64,000 nt of DNA from Octopus sinensis (Eukaryota): the NCBI RefSeq assembly GCF_006345805.1, contig NW_021832223.1:124001-188000 (forward strand). Reading direction: 5' to 3'. This document shows positions 38,640 to 51,300 of the stretch, piece by piece (the first letter of the stretch is position 1; every line of letters starts with the position of its first letter). The notes beneath the pieces were generated by a model. That model worked only from the letters and a program-made list of their open reading frames with translations, did not search any database and had not been told where the DNA came from. Both the position numbers and the translations under genes were made by a program.

Positions 38640-41070
38640 TTTTAATGGACCTTTTTGGGGGGAAGGTTTTAAGGACTTCATCATGTAAGTCGAGGACATC
38701 GTAGTTGTTCATTTTAACCAAAATGCAGAAGAAATTTTTTTTTAATTTTTTTTGGGGGGAAGGTTTTAAGGACTTCATCATGTAAGTCGAGGACATTGTA
38801 GTTGTTCATTTTAACCAAAATGCAGAAATTTTTTTTAATTTTTTTGGGGGGGAGGTTTTAAGGACTTCATCATGTAAGTCGAGAACATTGTAGTTGTTCA
38901 TTTTAACCAAAATGCAGAAAATTTTTTTTAATTTTTTTGGGGAGGAAGGTTTTAAGGACTTCATCATGTAAGTCGAGGACATTGTAGTTGTTCATTTTAA
39001 CCAAAATGCAGAAAATTTTTTTTTAATTTTTTTTGGGGGGAAGTTTTTAAGGACTTCATCAGTAAGTCGAGGACATTGTAGTTGTTCATTTTAACCAAAA
39101 TGCAGAAAATTTTTTTTAATTTTTTTTTGGGGGGAAGGTTTTAAAGACCTCATCATGAATGTCGAGGACATTGTAGTTGTTCATTTTAACCAAAATGCAG
39201 AAAATTTTTTTTTAATTTTTTTTGGGGGGAAGGTTTTAAGGACTTCATCATGAATGTCGAGGACATTGTAGTTGTTCATTTTAACCAAAATGCAGAAAAT
39301 TTTTTTTTAATTTTTTTTGGGGGGAAGGTTTTAAGGACTTCATCATGTAAGTCGAGGACATTGTAGTTGTTCATTTTAACCAAAATGCAGAAATTTTTTT
39401 TTTAATTTTTTTTGGGGGGAAGGTTTTAAGGACTTCATCATGTAAGTCGAGGACATTGTAGTTGTTCATTTTAACCAAAATGCAGAAAATTTTTTTTTAA
39501 TTTTTTTTGGGGGGAAGGTTTTAAGGACTTCATCATGTAAGTCGAGGACATTGTAGTTGTTCATTTTAACCAAAATGCAGAAAATTTTTTTTTAATTTTT
39601 TTTTGGGGGGGAGGTTTTAAGGACCTCATCATGAATGTAGAGGACATTGTAGTTGTTCATTTTAACCAAAATGCAGAAAATTTTTTTTTAATTTTTTTTG
39701 GGGGGAAGGTTTTAAGGACTTCATCATGAATGCGAGGACATTGTAGTTGTTCATTTTAACCAAAATGCAGAAAATTTTTTTTTAATTTTTTTTGGGGGGA
39801 AGGTTTTAAGGACTTCATCATGTAAGTCGAGGACATTGTAGTTGTTCATTTTAACCAAAATGCAGAAATTTTTTTAATTTTTTTGGGGGGAAGGTTTTAA
39901 GGACTTCATCATGTAAGTCGAGGACATTGTAGTTGTTCATTTTAACCAAAATGCAGAAAATTTTTTTTTTATTTTTTTGGGGGGAAGGTTTTAAGGACTT
40001 CATCATGTAAGTCGAGGACATTGTAGTTGTTCATTTTAACCAAAATGCAGAAAATTTTTTTTTAATTTTTTTTTGGGGGGAAGGTTTTAAGGACTTCATC
40101 ATGTAAGTCGAGGACATTGTGTTGTTCATTTTAACCAAAATGCAGAAATTTTTTTTTTTTTTTTTGGGGGGGAGGTTTTAAGGACTTCATCATGTAAGTC
40201 GAGGACATTGTAGTGGTCATTTTAACCAAAATGCAGAAAATTTTTTTTTAATTTTTTTGGGGAGGAAGGTTTTAAGGACTTCATCATGTAAGTCGAGGAC
40301 ATTGTAGTTGTTCATTTTAACCAAAATGCAGAAAATTTTTTTTTTATTTTTTTTGGGGGGAAGGTTTTAAGGACTTCATCATGTAAGTCGAGGACATTGT
40401 AGTTGTTCATTTTAACCAAAATGCAGAAAATTTTTTTAATTTTTTTTTGGGGGGAAGGTTTTAAGGACCTCATCATGAATGTCGAGGACATTGTAGTTGT
40501 TCATTTTAACCAAAATGCAGAAAATTTTTTTTAATTTTTTTGGGGGGAAGGTTTTAAGGACTTCATCATGTAAGTCGAGGACATTGTAGTTGTTCATTTT
40601 AACCAAAATGCAGAAATTTTTTTTTTAATTTTTTTGGGGGGAAGGTTTTAAGGACTTCATCATGTAAGTCGAGGACATTGTAGTGTTCATTTTAACCAAA
40701 ATGCAGAAAATTTTTTTTTAATTTTTTTGGGGAGGAAGGTTTTAAGGACTTCATCATGTAAGTCGAGGACATTGTAGTTGTTCATTTTAACCAAAATGCA
40801 GAAAATTTTTTTTAATTTTTTTTTGGGGGAAGGTTTTAAGGACCTCATCATGAATGTCGAGGACATTGTAGTTGTTCATTTTAACCAAAATGCAGAAAAT
40901 TTTTTTTTAATTTTTTTTGGGGGGGAAGGTTTTAAGGACTTCATCATGTAAGTCGAGGACATAGTAGTTGTTCATTTTAACCAAAATGCAGAAATTTTTT
41001 TTCAATTTTTTTTGGGGGGAAGGTTTTAATGATTTCATCATGTAAGTCGAGGACATTGTAGTTGTTCATT
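38640..41070 (-). repeat. Tandem array, ~97-bp unit, ~25 copies; diverged relative of the Helitron array
   Basis: Unit (reverse complement) aaaatgaacaactacaatgtcctcgacttacatgatgaagtccttaaaaccttcc(c)n(a)nttaaaaaaaattttctgcattttggtt; flank shares tatcgaccatgaat with the Helitron post-array region. Confidence 0.95.
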
Positions 41071-41168
41071 TCCGCCTGTGGTTTGTCTAATCAAGGTCAC
41101 TAAGCTAAATCTCCGGACTATAAAGGTTCTTAAGCATTATCTTACTTGGCTGTTGTGTTATTCATCAA

Positions 41169-42336
41169 ATGACACGTTACGTTTCTCGTGGTGCAAAAAA
41201 TAAAACTATCAAAAACTCAAAATCTTCTGTGTCTCAAGAGCTTGAACGCAAAGATGAAATCCGTATCAAAGATGAGGAGGGGTCACACCTCTCAAGCCTC
41301 TTTGAACAATCCAAACTGTACTGAGTCTCTTGTCCTCTCGCTGCAGATAAAAATTATGCGATTGGACGAATAAAGTCCTTTAATATCTAACCAAATCCGA
41401 GACTGCACAGAAGGCCCGAATTACTGCCAGGAAGTCTGGGGACTTTACCCTCGAATTCTCAAATTCTAGTGATAGGGACTCGTTTGTGAATGACTTCGAG
41501 TATAACAAACCATTTGGCCAGGACGGCCATTATATTCTGCGTGCAGTCTGCAACCATCGACCGTAGTCTTGAAGGGAATACCATCTTGGGTCTCCGAGGA
41601 AGACCTGGATCTTTACCTCAAAGAAATTCTCAACCCCGGTTTTACTTTCCAACGTTTCTACAAAAATGGACGGAGTATACCTGTTGGAAAGTTGAGTCTG
41701 AATTCGAGGGCAGAAGCCACTTCGCTTGTAAGGATGGGAATCGAAGTGGGATTTCAAAAAATACGATGCGAATGGTTTAAAAACCCAGCAACAAGATGCT
41801 TTCGCTGCCAACAATTTGGTCACATTGCTAACTTCTGCAAAGAAGTGGAAAGATGTCTTTTCTGTGGTGGTGATCATAATATGAAAATGTGCCCGATTAA
41901 AAGAGAAAAAACTGAGAAAAAATGTATAAACTGCGGTCTGAGTGGGCATTTGGCTTGCTACGGTGGCTGCTCTTCAGCTAAGGCAGCCACTGAACAACTA
42001 AAAAAGCAGCTCAGTGCCAGGGACAGACTGGCCAAAGCAGAACACTCAAAAACTGTATGGTCAAAAGCGGAGGCCGTTGAATCTGTATGGCGAAAACCCA
42101 CAATTTCCCGCTGTTTTGACTCCTCAACGCAAACAGATGTTAGTGAAGACGCAACTTTGCCTCCCAATACACAACACACAGAGCCTCCAACCCGCTTTAA
42201 GAGGAAAGCACCAACTATCGACGTTGAGCTTACCTCTATGATTCGCAAAATAATCGCTATATGCGATGAAAAAGGCCTCGATATCAACAATCTGTTGTCC
42301 CTTTCTCTTGGAAGGGAAAGGATTGATCAGGCGTGA
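41169..42336 (+). CDS. LINE ORF1, gag-like with three zinc knuckles (5' part frameshifted)
   Basis: CFRCQQFGHIANFC, CLFCGGDHNMKMC, CINCGLSGHLACYGGC. Confidence 0.8.
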
Positions 42337-44961
42337 GCCCCTTTCTGTCTATTATCGCTGTGAACGCACGTTCTCTAAAGAGAAGGCGTTCAGAGATTGA
42401 GGATATGTTATCCCATAACCCCGTGGACCTTTTGATCGTAAACGAAACAAAAATCAAAAAACATGATGATTACTACTTGGATGGCTATCGTTCCCTTGAT
42501 ATTAAGTGGAAGCCGGGCTCGATCGCTGGAACAGGCACTTCTATCTACTACAAATCAACTCTAAGGGTGAAAAATCTAAAATTGTGTCCGAGGAATTGTG
42601 TGAATTCCTCACAATCGACGTCCTTCTGGAAAAAGGGTGGGTAACAATCGGAGGGATGTACTCAAAATCCCTTTCCAATTATCATCGCTTATCAAGGACT
42701 TTTTTGCCGATAAACACAATCATTTGTCAATACTCCTCGGGGATCTAAATGCCAAATGCACATCTTTTGGCTGTCTGAGAACCAACAGGGATGGCATCAT
42801 TCTTAAGAAGCTTTCAGAATCTCTCAGTTTCTCGGTCATCACATCAAAAACCCCAAATCATTACTCACCAGGAGGGTGGGACTATTTGGGCGTAGCATTG
42901 GTCTCTATGTCTACTCTTCAATTTATGGAACAACCGTACACCTTAAATGATATTGGAAGTGACCATCTACCAATTTTATACAAACTCAACCTTGGACCTT
43001 TAAAGGGTAAACCAACTTTTATACGATATAACCTCTCGACTATAAACTGGGAACACTACCGAAAATGTTTTACACTTTATCTGAGCAATTTCGCTCCTAA
43101 ACTTGACGAAAATTCTTCATCTGAGGACCTCGAGAAGTCTAGCAATTCCCTTATTGGATACATAAAGTCTTATCTGGAAACATATTCTACAAAAATCGTC
43201 TCAAACAATAGGAAAACTCACATGCCAAACATGAATGTTGAAATCCTACTAAGGAAAAAAAAATGTCTAAGGAACAAACTCCGGCGCTGCGCAGATTTTC
43301 GTGACCGGTCCGTTTTGGAAAGTGAAATCTTCACCATTACGGAAGAAATAAGAAAATCGGCGAAGGTGGCGAAGGATAAAAAATGGAATACTGAGTGCAA
43401 AAAGCTACATAAAGGAAGTCCAAATTTTTGGAAGGTCTACTCGAAATTAACCTCGACGTCTGAGAAAACTATACCTAAACTGCTAAAACAAGATGGATCC
43501 CCTGCATCTCATGAAGAAATCCCGAACATATTTGCTGATAGTCTCAAAAGAATACAAGAAGTCAATCCGGATACAAATCTATCTGATTCAGCTTTGTTTG
43601 ATATGGAAAAAGAGTTGGAAGACAATCTTAGCTCATTACCAATGTGCTCGGAATCTATAACGTGCAAAGACGTGGAAAATGCAGTTAGATACTCCAAAAA
43701 TAACGCTCCGGGAAAGGACAAGATAACCATGCGCATGTTCAAAGAAGCTCCCAAGCAACTTTACGAATATTTGGGATGTCTCTTCTCCCGCAGTGTGAGC
43801 TTGGGATACGTCCCTTCTTCATGGAAACTGACGGAGGTAAGGATGATACGGAAGCCTGGAAAACCTGGTTACTTGGCGACAAGTTATAGGCCTATAAGCC
43901 TAATTCCTACCATCAGTCGAATAATGGAAAGGGTAATGTTTGAACGACTCTCTGAACACGTCGAGAGAAATGGTTATCTCAAAGACGTGCAGTGGGGCTT
44001 TCGGAGGGGTCGTTCCTGTGCTGACTGTCTTTATACACTCAATTCGTCGATTGTAAAGGCTCTGGATTTCAAAGAGTGTCTGACAATTGTGTCTCTAGAC
44101 ATCTCAAAAGCCTTTGATATGGTTTGGCACCTCGGTCTCCTTAGACATCTGGCGAAGTGTCACATAGACAAAGGACTATTCCTATGGCTAAAAGACTTCC
44201 TCCGCGACAGGCGCTCTGTGATAAGCTTTCTGAACTATGACTCGGATGAACTGAAACTTAAAAGAGGCGTCCCTCAAGGATCAGTCCTCAGTCCTCTATT
44301 ATTCAACATTGTGATGAGCAATCTGCCGTCTCCTGTCAACACACGGACGGAAATTTTGATATACGCCGATGATGTTGTAATCCTTGACATTTCATCGAAA
44401 CCTGCCTTATCCGAACAAAGGATTATATCATATATGAATACAGTGGAGCAATGGTGCGATGAAAATATGTTCATTATTGCGCGTGAGAAGTCCGCATTAC
44501 TGAGAATCACAGAAAGCAGAAATTTAATAAATTTACCGTGCCTGATCAAGAACATACCTCGACAAAACTCAATTAAATATCTTGGCTTGTTCATCGATGA
44601 AAAGGGAAACTATCTCGAAAACGCAAAATTAAGTAAAAGGAAAGCAACTAATGCTCTGTTCTGCCTGAGGAAGTTAAATTTGGAGCCTGATACTTTCCTC
44701 TACGTTTTCAATACGGTGATCCTACCGGGACTACTATACGGAAAAGAGGGATGGTACTTCTCTAAAAAGAAGGACACCATCTTAACTAAATTTGAAAAGT
44801 CTCGCAGGCTCGCTTTGAAGCTTGCTTACCACCAAAAAGTTGAAGATCCAATCCCCCTGTGGCTTGAAAGTAAATCCTCCATGGTCGGTGAAACTGTCGA
44901 AAAAGCTATAAGTGGTTATAAATCCAACTCAATTGTCACTGGGACGTACCTGCAGAGGTAG
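42333..44961 (+). CDS. LINE ORF2, APE endonuclease plus reverse transcriptase (frameshift near 42590-42700)
   Basis: VNARSL, NETK, GDLNAK, GSDHLP; YRPISL, QWGFRRGRS, LDISKAFD, GVPQGSVLSP, YADD, IKYLG. Confidence 0.9.
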
Positions 44962-45167
44962 AAAAGAAAAAAAAAAAAAAAAAAAAAAATTTACTTGAGG
45001 GGGTCTCTTTTTTTTTCTGGGAAGAAGTCGATAGGGTAGTCCTATTGTTTCATTATACAAACTCCCCCTAACCTTTAACCCTTCTCTGTTTCCAATAAAA
45101 CTTCCTATTCCTATTCCTTACTTGGCTGTTAAAAAAATTAGACAGGTTGTTGCCGTGGCGGCAGAGA

Positions 45168-45650
45168 TTTTTTTTTGTTTTTTGTTTTTTTTTTTTTTTT
45201 TATAAGAGACAGTTTATAAGGTAAGAAAATCACTAATTAAGAGGCGGAACCGCAGCCGAGAGGAGGATCGAGGAACAGTTCCCCCTTAGAACTGCGAGAG
45301 AGATGCGCCTCAAAAAGCCACATCAGTTCACGGGGGTCGTTCCTTGCCCTTCCCAAAGACTTCCGATCTTCGAGAGGAAACGGAGAGTAGACGGGCCAAG
45401 TACACCGGAAGTTTCCACTGACACCGGTTCGAAGATGAAACGGTCCATCAGGGAGGCGTACTTAGATGCCTTCTTCGTCTCCGCCTCTTGGCTGCTGAGC
45501 CAGCCTCGACCGCCGACAAGGAAAGACATGATGATGCGAAAGTATCAGAGCATGTCGCATCCCAGACGATGCTTTCCCGTTCTTGTAGGGAAAGAGTGAG
45601 ACCCGTCAGGTCTCTTACCATCCTCCCTTAGAAGGCCAGGAGGCTCCAGC
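45168..45650 (-). mobile_element. CRE-like 3' stub with poly(A)
   Basis: EAETKKASKY..FEPVSVETSGVLGPSTLRFL; polyT at 45168-45201. Confidence 0.75.
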
Positions 45651-45764
45651 TTTTTTGTTTATACTATTTTACAAATTTTTAAAGTTTTTTTTTATTTTTT
45701 TTTTTAAAATATTTATTTTTATTTGTTTTTTTATTTTTTTTTGTTATTTTCTAAAAATTCAACC

Positions 45765-46329
45765 GGATTGAATTTTTAAACTCCCTAGATCCCTCTGGAA
45801 TTCCGAATCATCTTTTAAAGTTAAAGATAGGCGTTCCAGTGGTTTTACTACGAAATCTTGCGCCACCTAAATTATGCAACGGAACGAGGTTAGTTATCAA
45901 AAATTTGATGGCTAACGTAATAGAGGCGACGACATTAACAGGTAAGTATAGAGGTGAGGATGTTTATATTCCACGAATTCCGATAATTTCTGATGAATTA
46001 CCATTTAGATTTAAAAGGCTGCATGAGTTTTGCAATGACAATAAACAAGGCCCAGGGATAGTCATTAAAGGTAGTTGGGTTATTTTTAGAGAGTGAGTGC
46101 TTTTCACATGGACAGCTGTATGTGGGATGCTCGAGGGTAGGCAGAAGAGAAAATTTATTCATATATGCCAAGGAAGGACGGACGACAAACATCGTTTATC
46201 AACAGGCGATAGAATAGGGTTACATTAAACCAGGTAGTTTTATACATCTACATAAACTTATAGTTGTTTGATGAAACAGGCCCTCCGCAGGAGCTAGGTC
46301 GCGGTGAGCGAAGCGAGCTGCCGAGCTAG
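45765..46329 (+). mobile_element. Helitron 3' fragment with Pif1 C-terminus
   Basis: [37 protein letters not shown]; CTAG|T at 46326-30. Confidence 0.85.
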
Positions 46330-46350
46330 TTGTATATAAAATAAAAACAA

Positions 46351-46890
46351 TTACAGTGACGGGACCATGAAAATCGGCCGGTTTATAGAAAGATCCGGCT
46401 TATCAATGTTTTGCATTAACTTGCATTTATTTTCAAAACGCTTATTCTTGCTGTTTCCATTGTCATCGTATATTTCCAGATATTTAGTAGAGTTTTTCAA
46501 AATATCCGATACAGTGCTGGTTCCAATACCATATTTTTGGCTTAGATCTTTATGTGTTAACTTGGGTGTGGATTGATAATCTTTTATGAGTTGAACTTTG
46601 TGGTTCAGGTAGAGTTCAAAACAAGCACGTTTCATTGATATTAAGTCAAATATGAAACTTATTAACCTTTAAAATTATTATTTTTTAATTTTTAAAAATA
46701 ACAGTTATTTTTAATACCTCTTTGTCCGGTTTGCACAGTGAAAAAAGCCGTTGGGACTTGACATTACGGCCTGTTTTCAGAATATAGAGGATCCGGAATA
46801 AAGAGGTGAAATTTATATTAATAAATACTGTAAAAAATTGGGACCGGAGAAAACGGCCGGTATACGGAGAGATCCGGTATATTCAGTGGC
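46351..46890 (-). mobile_element. pogo/Tigger remnant (N-terminal HTH)
   Basis: KDLSQKYGIGTSTVSDILKN; ggccggt/gatccgg subterminal motifs. Confidence 0.65.
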
Positions 46891-48010
46891 CGGTTTACAT
46901 CTAAAGATTGTGTAAGCTTTATTTCTGGAATACAGGAAATATCGCTGATATTCTAAATATGGTTACCATTAAATTAAAAAAATTTTTGGTGTTAATCCCA
47001 TATTGTATGGTATTAATTTCACTTAGTTTTCTATTGATTCCATGTAGTTCGGTGTTAATCCCACATAGTTTTCCACTAATCCCACTTAGTTTGGTATTAA
47101 TCCTATTTAGTATGGGAAATGGTGTAAATTCTAAATCAACCGCCACACTCTTCACGACTAACAAACGTGAACTCAATAATGAACCATCACATTTTGTAAT
47201 TGGAAATCGCTTTCCTATAAGGAAAAACCAAAAAATTCTGGATGTCATTTATGTTTTTCTATCCACACAAATACGATATATACTAAAGCCAGTCGTAAGC
47301 TGAATGCGCTACGTGCAGTTTCTGGTTATTCGTTTGAACAAGCCAAGGAAGTTTAAAAGTAATATATAAACAATTCATGCAAAAAAAACAAAGAATTCTG
47401 GGCCTAGAACGATAACCGAATGTTTAATTCTTTTACTATTGACCATCTCTATTGGTAAACAAAAATCCTCCTTATTGCACACCATTTTGAAATGTCCGGG
47501 CTCTAATTTTTGAATGACTCATCGGCCGTTTACAATCCGACTCACAATTTTTGAAAATCCGCCAACAAAGGGAAAATATGTGCTACCTATGCTAATCTAG
47601 AAAGAATTCTGTTGAAAATCCCCATGGGAAACGGAGAACAATAAAAATCAACATTTATCTCCACAGGAGACTACTTCAAAAATATACTTCGAGAACCACC
47701 AGCAGAAATCAATGAATATCACCAAGAAAAACGTAAGACTTCGCTAGGAACATCACCCCTGCCCCGAACATAATTACACAGAAAAAAACAGAAAGAAGGC
47801 TCTGTAAAACTCCATTCGTTCTCTTGTATTCAGAGAAATCATCCCATACATAAAACCACTTATTGGGGCATCTTACAACCAATACTCAATGTGGAAAGAA
47901 ATACTCAAATCTATCCTCCATTAGTCTTAAATTTTCATAACACATTTTTACTAGCTAAAATTAAGTACATATGAATAAAATAAACCCCCAAAACATAAAT
48001 AAATATAAAG

Positions 48011-49106
48011 TCAAACATCCTGATCGTCGAGTGACTCCCTACTACTGGGACCAGAAGTTCTCCTGTACTCAAGCAGATCAGTCTCGTCAACAAAAATAAT
48101 ATTTTCATACTCCCGAGGCACTCTTATCGCACTGGGAGGATCTGCATTGGCCTCATTCAGACTGACCACCGACCGAGACCTGACATACTGGAACTCCACA
48201 TGCCGAGTACTGCTGTCGTTTCTCTCCCACGAAACATGAATAAACGGTCTTTGCACATAATTATAAAACACTGCCACTACATGACAACGTTCTTACCCTC
48301 TGTCCTCCTGCTGGGGTATGTCCTCACCCGATCACGTGTTGTGGGGTGATCTTCGTGAACTATTTTGACTTTCTTAAAACCCCGCATTTCAAGGACTTGT
48401 TTGGCCATTATTCGGTTATCTGCATATTTGAAAAATTTAGACATTTCTGTGTCGTGGATCACTTTTTGTTAATATAAAAAGAATAAACCTTCCACTGGGT
48501 GATTAAATGGCCTCTCTCCTTCATCCAACTCGACATAATCCGAGTCCCGCATAATGGCTATATGACTCTCTCTTTCTCCCCTTAATTTTAATACCTCAAT
48601 TTGAACCTTGCAGAGCAGTCTACTAGTACTTTTAGTAATTGTGTATTCAAAAAGGCATCAAACCTTCCACGAGCCCCAATATTCGAAAATTCGTGCAAAA
48701 GATCGCCTAAAAATCTATTTTATCTGCCAAACCCAAATTGTCACATCTAATCGTGGAACTATCAAATGGAATCATCAGGTAATCACACGCCTCTTTAATG
48801 TCCAAGACAGAAACAGCAGTTGGGCAGTAAATTGTGTCGTGGAAGTAAAAACCCTATGAGTCAGTGGTCCTGTCTACCAGAGTGATTTCAAATATATCCG
48901 CAGGAATTCCCAGAGCTAGTTCATACTCGCCATTCTCGTTTTTTACAATGTTATTCAGTTCTTGCTCACTGTTAAACATTCTAAGCTTTCTTTTGAAGTA
49001 GTTACCTTCCAAGCATAGAATTGGGGTGGCGTGTGAGGGCTGTGAGAGGGACGTCAAAACGACGGTGATCGATAATAAGTTTTACTACTTCTGAATTCGC
49101 AGACAT
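48011..49106 (-). CDS. BTBD10: BTBD10/KCTD20-family BTB protein, intact, N-terminally compact
   Basis: HPNSMLGR|MF..NENGEYE, EACDYL..LLHEFSNIGAR, GERESHI, FFKYADNR..VLEMRGFKK, YNYVQRPFI..WE..RHVEFQ; six introns of 20-27 nt; BTBD10 vs KCTD20 not resolvable. Confidence 0.88.
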
Positions 49107-49177
49107 TTGTTGTTAGGAATAAATGTTAAAACACCACATTAACAAATGGAATAATATTTTATTATTAAAAAATATTT

Positions 49178-50058
49178 GGTACTTTTGTCGAAGTGGTCGC
49201 AGTTTTTTTAGAAGATAATTAAAATTAATTAATTTTTTTAGTGAAAAATAGATTATTTAATTTATAACCCTCTATCAATAATTTAAATGGTTATTAAAAT
49301 TATTTAAAAATTTATTTAACCAATTTAGTCATTTTTAGTACGCGGCATCCAAATTCCAGGACTGTAGAAGGAATTTATGTCTTTTACAATCTGTGCAAAA
49401 CATTCCTTATAGTTCTGTATTTGTTTTCGCCACATAAATTCTGAAAAAATAACTAACTAAAAAAACCTGCGAAATAAGATCCCAGATGATGTCTTACAGC
49501 TCCTCTTTGAGCTTTATTCTTGCATTTTGCACTTCCCCACATTCGTTCTACTGTCTGGGTGTGCACTCCCGTCGTTGGATCCACAAAGAATTTTCTGAAT
49601 ATATTATATTTCCTTACTTATGGTTAACGGTTTCGTGTGTGTAGCCGTTTTCAACCAATTGATCAGTTGAATACCCTAAATGTTAATCAAATAATGCTAA
49701 CCTTTCCAGCAGTCACTATAAATAATGCTTCCCACCTCGACATATCGAATTACTAGACTGAGCAGTGTTTCTCTGCTCCTATCCGCGACTGGTTGCAGAA
49801 AACACTGTTGGTGGCTCGACAAATACCACCGAAGACCCACTGTTTTGGTAAAGTGACCTATAGTGCCAGTTTATATCAATATTAGGTACATGCTCGCCAT
49901 AATATTAAAAAAAATTAGAAAATAAATTAGTAAAAAATTTAATAATATTTTAAATTATTGATAGAGCGACTTAAATAAAATATAATATATTCCACCTCAA
50001 AAATTATTAGATTTTTTAAAAGGCCTAAAAAAACTGCGACCACTTCGACAAAAGTACC
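49178..50058 (-). mobile_element. Merlin (IS1595-like) non-autonomous element
   Basis: ~30-bp perfect TIR ggtacttttgtcgaagtggtcgcagttttt; 8-bp TSD aaatattt; IYSDCWKG|Y..VNHK|..FVDPTTGVHTQ..A|EFMWR after removing 3 micro-introns. Confidence 0.92.
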
Positions 50059-50079
50059 AAATATTTTTGATTTTATTTA

Positions 50080-50081
50080 AA

Positions 50082-50113
<32 letters not shown>

Positions 50114-50290
50114 AAATTTTTATTAATAATGTCAGTTAATAAATTCAGAGAAGAGATTGATTTGAGAAATCAATTGAGGAAGCCCGCTGCCTGTATGGAA
50201 AGCGAGTTCCCTCGGAGTATGGCTTTAAAATTAAATATAAAATTAATTGAAATCTATGGATCTTAGGAAACTGAGGTTATTGAGTCTAGT
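50080..50290 (-). mobile_element. CRE-like 3' stub with poly(A)
   Basis: AILRGNSLSIQAAG then polyT ~50080-50106. Confidence 0.6.
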
Positions 50291-50439
50291 TTTTGATTAT
50301 ATAAAGTAATATTCACATATTTATTAAGTCAAGTATACCCATATTTAGCCGATTCTTGTCATTGGTGATTCTTTTTTTGTAATAATTTAGATTTAAAAGT
50401 TTACAAAATCACCATAATTCTGATGAATTCACTGTACTG

Positions 50440-51300
50440 CTGTTTGCTTTGGACAATGTCTACGATTCACAGTCATAGAGGAAGATTGGGAACATAATGT
50501 GCGTTGACAAGTCTTATCTTTATTCTGAGACAGACATCCTTGCTATTCCAGATTCGATTCAGTTTTATCATCGTACTTCTGTACATGACCATCCGTCTAT
50601 TGGTTTCCGAGACACAACAGTTATCAGACTACTCAGAAAAATACTGTTTTCAGCACATTCTATTTCTTCGTTATTGACGATAAGTCTCACTTTTCCAGAT
50701 AGTGAAGTTGCCATTATTTTGGTTTTTCACATAAAGTAAATATTCATATGCTGTTTGCTCGATTACCCTGAGTTAGAGCCTATTGACCAGATGATAAAAC
50801 TGAATTGACCAGGAGTTCTCAACTTTTTCGAGCTCGCACCTTTAAATATTTTTTCACAAAATCTCGCACCCCAAGAAAATTTTCTATTTAAAATCAATTT
50901 ATTTACAGAAGGAACCAAATTTAGCTAAGGTTACAATATTTAAATTTTTTAACAAGTTCGTTGATCGAAAAAATTTAACAATAAACACAATAAAATTCAA
51001 ATTAACAAAAGTATACAGTAACAAAAGAACGAAAACAAAAATAGACAATTAATGGCTTCTTTGTCTCTGTTTATTATTAATGAGTTTTGTTGCTAATCGA
51101 AATACAAATATCATGTTCAGGATTCATGTGATTTCTGTATTTAGTTTTAATTCTCAAAAGAGAGCTAAATCCCGACTCGCATAAGTATGCCGTTGGAAAT
51201 AAAATAAGTTCATACAGAGCCTTTTGAAATAATTGCGGATACATTTTCATTACTGAACTCCAAAACTCCTCCAGTATTGCCGAAATCACTGAAAATTGTT
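50440..51300 (-). mobile_element. hAT (Buster/Charlie-like) remnants
   Basis: FPTAYLCESGFSSL dimerisation motif; terminal-like caggagttctcaac at ~50810; ESTD-like fragment ~50460. Confidence 0.65.

Larger units (their letters stand above)
41155..45116 (+). mobile_element. Near full-length I/Jockey-group LINE (ORF1 gag plus ORF2 APE-RT)
   Basis: 14-bp direct repeat cttacttggctgtt at 41141-54 and 45117-30 (probable TSD); A-tract 44962-88, AATAAA and (ttccta)n near the 3' end. Confidence 0.88.

Noticed and set aside
41138-41154. U1 snRNA 5' end (atcttacttggc resembles ATACTTACCTGGC)
   Set aside because: No U1 stem-loops or Sm site follow; better explained as the LINE TSD
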